The notes below the pieces were generated by a model. It was not told the origin of the DNA, did not search any database, and worked only from the letters and a program-made list of their open reading frames with translations. 58,995 nucleotides of DNA. It comes from an uncultured Methanosarcinales archaeon (lineage in GTDB: Archaea > Nanobdellota > Nanobdellia > Woesearchaeales > GW2011-AR4). The position numbers and the translations under genes were made by a program. The stretch lies in the NCBI GenBank assembly GCA_964436645.1, contig CAYTDO010000009.1:1-58995 (forward strand), in the 5' to 3' direction. Shown piece by piece: positions 54,919-58,995 of this stretch (positions within the stretch are counted from its first letter, which is position 1; each line of letters begins with the position of its first letter).

Positions 54919-56892
54919 ATGGCAAAATCCAGGCAAAAAAAGCCAAAAAAGGCAAAAATCCAGAAAAAGGCACCTAAGCCAGCAAAGCCTACCAATCCTA
55001 AGAAGGGTAATTTTGGCAAAATCCCGCAATTGAGCGAAAATGCCATGCAGATTCTTGAAAGAAGGTACTTGAAAAAAGACCAGGCTGGAAAAGTTATAGA
55101 ACAGCCCCAAGATCTTTTTAGGAGGGTAGCAAATAACATAGCTCTTGCAGATGCAAAATATATCTTAAAAGAAGAAACAGAAGCCCTTCAAAAACAGGAA
55201 AGTAAAGATTATTGGGATATTATTAACACTCCTCAATTCAATGCTTTACTTAAAAAGAACGAAATCGCAAAAAAGCAGTTGGAAAAGACAGAAAAGGAAT
55301 TTTACGATTTGATGGCCAGCCTTGACTTCCTGCCAAACTCCCCAACTTTATTCAATGCCGGCCGTTCTTTGCAGCAGCTTGCAGCCTGTTTTGTTCTTCC
55401 GGTAGAAGATAATCTAGATTCAATTTTCAAGGCATTGCATTATGCCGCAAAGATATCGAAATCCGGCTCAGGAACTGGCTTTAATTTCTCAAGATTGCGT
55501 CCAAAGAACGATGTTATAGAATCTGTGACTGGCTTCTCTTCCGGCCCGCTCTCATTTATGAAAATTTTTGATGCTGTAACCGAACAGATAAAGCTTGGCG
55601 GCTTGAGAAGAGGCGCCCATATGGGCATATTAAGGGTAGACCATCCCGATATAGAGGAATTCATAACCATTAAAATGCGTGAAAAAGTCCTGGAAAATTT
55701 TAACATATCTGTTGCAATAACGGACAAGTTCATGGAAGCCCTGAAAAAAGGCAGGAACTACTCTTTGATAAATCCCAGGACAGAACAAAAAGTAAGGGAT
55801 GAGAGCGCGCAAAAAATTTTTGACCTAATGTGCGAGACAGCCCATAGGATAGGCGATCCAGGAGTTATATTCCTTGACCGCATCAATAAAGACAATCCAA
55901 CTCCGGCCCTTGGCTCCTTGGAATCAACTGATAGCTGCGGCGAACAGCCATTGCTTCCCTATGAATCCGCAAATCTTGGCTCCATAAATCTTTCAAGCAT
56001 GGTTAAAAACGGGAGCATAGACTTTAAAAAATTAAAATTGATTGTGCACAAAGCTGTGCATTTTCTGGACAATGTCATAGACATGTGCAAGTATCCTACT
56101 CCAGAAACCGCTTCAATAGTGCATGGCAACAGGAAGATAGGCCTCGGAGTTATGGGATTTGCGGAAATGTTGCTCAAGCTGAAAATTCCTTATAACTCAG
56201 AAAAAGCAGTAAAGACAGTTGAGCAGCTGATATCTTTCATAAGAAAAGAAGCAGATGCTGCTTCCATTGAATTGGCCAAAGAGCGGGGAGTTTTCCCAAA
56301 TTGGGAAGAAAGCATCTACTGCAAAAAAAGCAAGCACTTTAGAGGAAAGCATCTTGAATTAAGAAACTCCACAAGGCTTACATTAGCTCCAACAGGAAGC
56401 ATAAGCATAATTGCAGACACTTCATTTGGCATAGAGCCTCTTTTTGCATTAAGCTATGTCCGTATTCTTGAGGATGGAACTGAGCTTCTGATTGTTGACA
56501 AGAATTTCAAGGAAGTTATGGAGAAGAGAAAGATGTATGACAAGGAATTTATGAAATACATCGCAAAAAAAGGAACGATTCAGAGCATGGAATCAATTCC
56601 AATAGAAATAAGGAAGACATTTGTCGTTTCCTATGATATAAGCCCTGAATACCACATAAAGATACAGGCAGCCTTCCAGAAATCCATAGACAACGCAGTC
56701 TCTAAGACAGTAACCCTGCCGAATTTTGCAACCGCGGAAGATGTTAAGATGACATATATGCTCGCTTATGACATGGGTTGCAAAGGCATTTCCATTTATC
56801 GCTTTGGCTCAAGGGATGACCAGGTTTTGCTTTTAAGGGGCATAAAGGAGCAGCAGATAAACCTTACAAACTGGCTGAAAAAATTAGGATAG
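54919..56892 (+). CDS. nrdJ: adenosylcobalamin-dependent ribonucleotide reductase (class II)
   Basis: 657 aa with ENAMQILERRYL, LPNSPTLFNAG, active-site CGEQPL and LAPTGSIS. It has a Lys-rich ~35 aa N-terminal extension. The start lies 2 nt after the cobO stop. Confidence 0.85.
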   Translation: MAKSRQKKPKKAKIQKKAPKPAKPTNPKKGNFGKIPQLSENAMQILERRYLKKDQAGKVIEQPQDLFRRVANNIALADAKYILKEETEALQKQESKDYWDIINTPQFNALLKKNEIAKKQLEKTEKEFYDLMASLDFLPNSPTLFNAGRSLQQLAACFVLPVEDNLDSIFKALHYAAKISKSGSGTGFNFSRLRPKNDVIESVTGFSSGPLSFMKIFDAVTEQIKLGGLRRGAHMGILRVDHPDIEEFITIKMREKVLENFNISVAITDKFMEALKKGRNYSLINPRTEQKVRDESAQKIFDLMCETAHRIGDPGVIFLDRINKDNPTPALGSLESTDSCGEQPLLPYESANLGSINLSSMVKNGSIDFKKLKLIVHKAVHFLDNVIDMCKYPTPETASIVHGNRKIGLGVMGFAEMLLKLKIPYNSEKAVKTVEQLISFIRKEADAASIELAKERGVFPNWEESIYCKKSKHFRGKHLELRNSTRLTLAPTGSISIIADTSFGIEPLFALSYVRILEDGTELLIVDKNFKEVMEKRKMYDKEFMKYIAKKGTIQSMESIPIEIRKTFVVSYDISPEYHIKIQAAFQKSIDNAVSKTVTLPNFATAEDVKMTYMLAYDMGCKGISIYRFGSRDDQVLLLRGIKEQQINLTNWLKKLG

Positions 56893-56973
56893 TGCCCTCA
56901 ATAGACCCAATTGTACCAACAATAAAAAATAATTTTTAAATCAAATAAGATAATAATTAAAAAAATAAAAAGA

Positions 56974-57543
56974 ATGTATAAAATGAACCCAAACATACAG
57001 CAGCTATTATCGGAACTTGAAAGTTTCGGAAGCAAAAACAAAGGCTATTTCAACATACCTGCAGATACTGGAAAATTTCTATATAACCTCGTCTTGGTCT
57101 CCAAATCAAAAAATATTTTGGAAGTTGGCACATCAAACGGCTATTCCTCAATATGGCTTGCTCAGGCAGCCTTGCAGAATAAAGGCAAAGTCACCACAAT
57201 AGAAATATTTGGGGAAAAAATAAAGCTTGCACAAGATAACTTCAAAAGGGCAAAATTAGATAAAATAATAACTCAGATAAACGGAGATGCATTAATTGAA
57301 ATCCCGAGATTGAAGCAGAAATTTGACTTTATGTTCATAGATGCAATTAAAAAAGACTATATCAAATATCTTACCCTGGCAGAAAAAAACCTTAAGAAAG
57401 GAAGCATCATAGTCGCAGACAACGCAATAATTTTCAAGGAAAAGATGAGCCATTACCTTAACTATCTTCAAAACAACAGGAACTATTCAAGCGTCTTGGT
57501 GCCGATTGGAACAGGGGTGGAATTCAGCGTCAAGGTAAAGTAG
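56974..57543 (+). CDS. class I SAM-dependent O-methyltransferase (family 3, CCoAOMT-like)
   Basis: 189 aa with ILEVGTSNGYSSIWLA and FDFMFIDAIKKDY. Confidence 0.75.
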   Translation: MYKMNPNIQQLLSELESFGSKNKGYFNIPADTGKFLYNLVLVSKSKNILEVGTSNGYSSIWLAQAALQNKGKVTTIEIFGEKIKLAQDNFKRAKLDKIITQINGDALIEIPRLKQKFDFMFIDAIKKDYIKYLTLAEKNLKKGSIIVADNAIIFKEKMSHYLNYLQNNRNYSSVLVPIGTGVEFSVKVK

Positions 57544-57578
57544 TGCAATATGCAGTTTAATAGTTGGTTAAGCATTAG

Positions 57579-57718
57579 AATAAAGCGAGGAAAAATGTGC
57601 CTCCGCCCATTTAATGGCAAAAATCATGGAAATCAAAGATTTCCAGGACACCGAAAATCTACGATTTTCGCGTGTGATGCGAGCCAATGTGCGAGCGTAT
57701 ATTTTGCGAAGCTTTATT
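57579..57718. repeat. third GC-rich inverted-repeat element, distantly related to MITE family B
   Basis: About 140 bp with imperfect termini AATAAAGC.../...GCTTTATT. The internal hairpin GGAAATCAAAGATTTCC followed by AGGACACCGAAAA parallels the family B hairpin GGAAATTTCAGATTTCC followed by AAGTGGCACCCGAA. It also contains TGCGAGCC. Confidence 0.45.
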
Positions 57719-57754
57719 ATTAATTTATATGTATAGACTTAAACTCAAACAAAA

Positions 57755-58480
57755 ATGCAAGCCATAACATTATCCGACAACCCGGCAATAAGGAACCTGA
57801 AGAAAGAGTATATTCTAAAAAAGGATTATATCTCCAAAAGGCTGGCAGAGTTCGATAAATTCTACAACGAGCCGTATTCATGGTTCTTTAATAATGGCAG
57901 GATGGAATTAAGGCAAGTTAAAACCAATGACGATGAAAGGTTATTTGAAGAATTATGCTTCTGCATCTTTACCGCAAACACAAGCGCGGAAATGGGCTTA
58001 AAGGCGATAGATGCAGTAAGGGGCCTGCTCACCAACGGAACTGCAGAAGAAATGACCAAAAAATTAGGGGGAATCTATCGCTTCAGTAACCTAAGGCCCC
58101 AATATATCATTCATACAAGAGAATACCTAAAAAGTGAATTAAACTTCAAATTAAAAAATAAAATTGAATCATTAAAAAATGACCCTATTGCCTTAAGGGA
58201 ATTTTTTGCCAACAATGACGGCATAAAAGGATTGAGCTACAAGGAGGCCTCCCATTTTCTTAGGAATATAGGCATGAAGGGCTATGCAATCCTCGACAAG
58301 CACATCCTTAACTCAATGGTTGAATTCAATGCCGCAGACAACATAAAAATACCTTTGCCGGGAAAGCTTTATCCGGAAATAGAGCAAAATCTAAAGATTT
58401 TCTCAAATGAAATAGGCATACCAATGGATGAATTAGACCTTTTATTGTGGAGCCGGAAGAACGGCAAGATTATGAAATAA
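57755..58480 (+). CDS. ogg: N-glycosylase/DNA lyase (archaeal Ogg2-type 8-oxoguanine glycosylase)
   Basis: 241 aa with LFEELCFCIFTANTSAEMG and HhH-GPD segment LSYKEASHFLRNIGMKGYAILDKH. Confidence 0.8.
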   Translation: MQAITLSDNPAIRNLKKEYILKKDYISKRLAEFDKFYNEPYSWFFNNGRMELRQVKTNDDERLFEELCFCIFTANTSAEMGLKAIDAVRGLLTNGTAEEMTKKLGGIYRFSNLRPQYIIHTREYLKSELNFKLKNKIESLKNDPIALREFFANNDGIKGLSYKEASHFLRNIGMKGYAILDKHILNSMVEFNAADNIKIPLPGKLYPEIEQNLKIFSNEIGIPMDELDLLLWSRKNGKIMK

Positions 58481-58549
58481 GGACTCAATATACAAACTAA
58501 AACAAAAAAATCACAAAAATATATAAAAAAATTAAATCAAAAAACTAAA

Positions 58550-58995
58550 ATGATAATGCTATCAGAAGGCCAGAAAGCCCCTGACTTCGAGCTTGAAGAC
58601 CAGAGGGGCAGGAAAGTAAAGCTCTCAAGCTTTAGAGGGAAAAAAGTGATCATTTACTTTTATCCAAAGGATGACACCCCTGGATGCACAGTAGAAGCAT
58701 GCAGCTTTAGGGATAATCTCTCAAAATTAAAAGGCAAGAATGTTGAAGTCCTTGGAGTAAGCAACGATAGCAGGGATTCGCATGAAAAATTCTCAAAGAA
58801 ATTCAGCCTTCCATTCCCTTTGCTGGCCGATACCGAGAAAGAAGTCTCAAAAGCTTATGGTGTCTATGAAAAAAAGAATTTTATGGGAAATGAGTACCTT
58901 GGAATTACCAGGTCAACATTCATAATTGGCGAGCATGGCAGGATACAATCAATTTTCTACAAAGTAAAGCCTGAAGGCCATGTGGAAGAGCTTCT
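58550..58995 (+). CDS. bcp: thiol peroxidase / peroxiredoxin Bcp (PrxQ), 3' end cut by window edge
   Basis: Not in the ORF track because it runs off the window. The ATG at 58550 gives MIMLSEGQKAPDFELEDQRGRKVKLSSFRGKKVIIYFYPKDDTPGCTVEAC... Confidence 0.85.
   Translation, partial: MIMLSEGQKAPDFELEDQRGRKVKLSSFRGKKVIIYFYPKDDTPGCTVEACSFRDNLSKLKGKNVEVLGVSNDSRDSHEKFSKKFSLPFPLLADTEKEVSKAYGVYEKKNFMGNEYLGITRSTFIIGEHGRIQSIFYKVKPEGHVEEL

Noticed and set aside
1-58995. Possibility of stop-codon reassignment or programmed frameshifts in the housekeeping genes.
   Set aside because: All recognisable genes read through at expected lengths with standard TAA/TAG/TGA stops. I saw no split pairs of adjacent same-family fragments apart from the small remnants reported.

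Overview
Low-GC, gene-dense (about 60 protein genes) archaeal chromosome segment. No rRNA genes or CRISPR arrays are visible. Archaeal markers are RpoK, fibrillarin, Nop5, two PurP, type II GAPDH, archaeal-type TrpRS, UMP kinase, SecDF, XPD and Ogg2. They sit among many bacterial-type enzymes: single-chain GuaA, GlpX, a class I aldolase of the eukaryote/bacterial type, alanine dehydrogenase, a class A beta-lactamase-like hydrolase and a Bro-N/DinD-like protein. This mix, the many small orphan membrane proteins and the low GC suggest a DPANN-like archaeon, but that is inference only. Most of the window is housekeeping: purine/pyrimidine synthesis, lower glycolysis/gluconeogenesis, C/D-box sRNP proteins, protein export, H+-PPase, class II RNR with its adenosyltransferase, and oxidative-damage repair genes. 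The structure not explained by genes is as follows. (1) Two related families of GC-rich, about 140-280 bp MITE-like elements have terminal inverted repeats and 8-9 bp target-site duplications. They lie in intergenic regions, six of the seven loci within about 130 bp upstream of a start codon, and no transposase is present in the window. (2) Two family-B copies bracket a 1.4 kb orphan cassette next to xpd, which also contains a candidate structured RNA. (3) A 1.1 kb Bro-N/DinD-like cassette is flanked by a 41 bp direct repeat that duplicates the 3' end of pyrG, an att-like integration scar. (4) A tRNA-Ala(GGC) carries an 83 nt intron in the T-loop. (5) Long A/C-rich, G-poor (sense strand) tracts lie upstream of many genes. 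All protein calls rest on motifs read by eye from the supplied translations. No database search, folding or alignment program was run.
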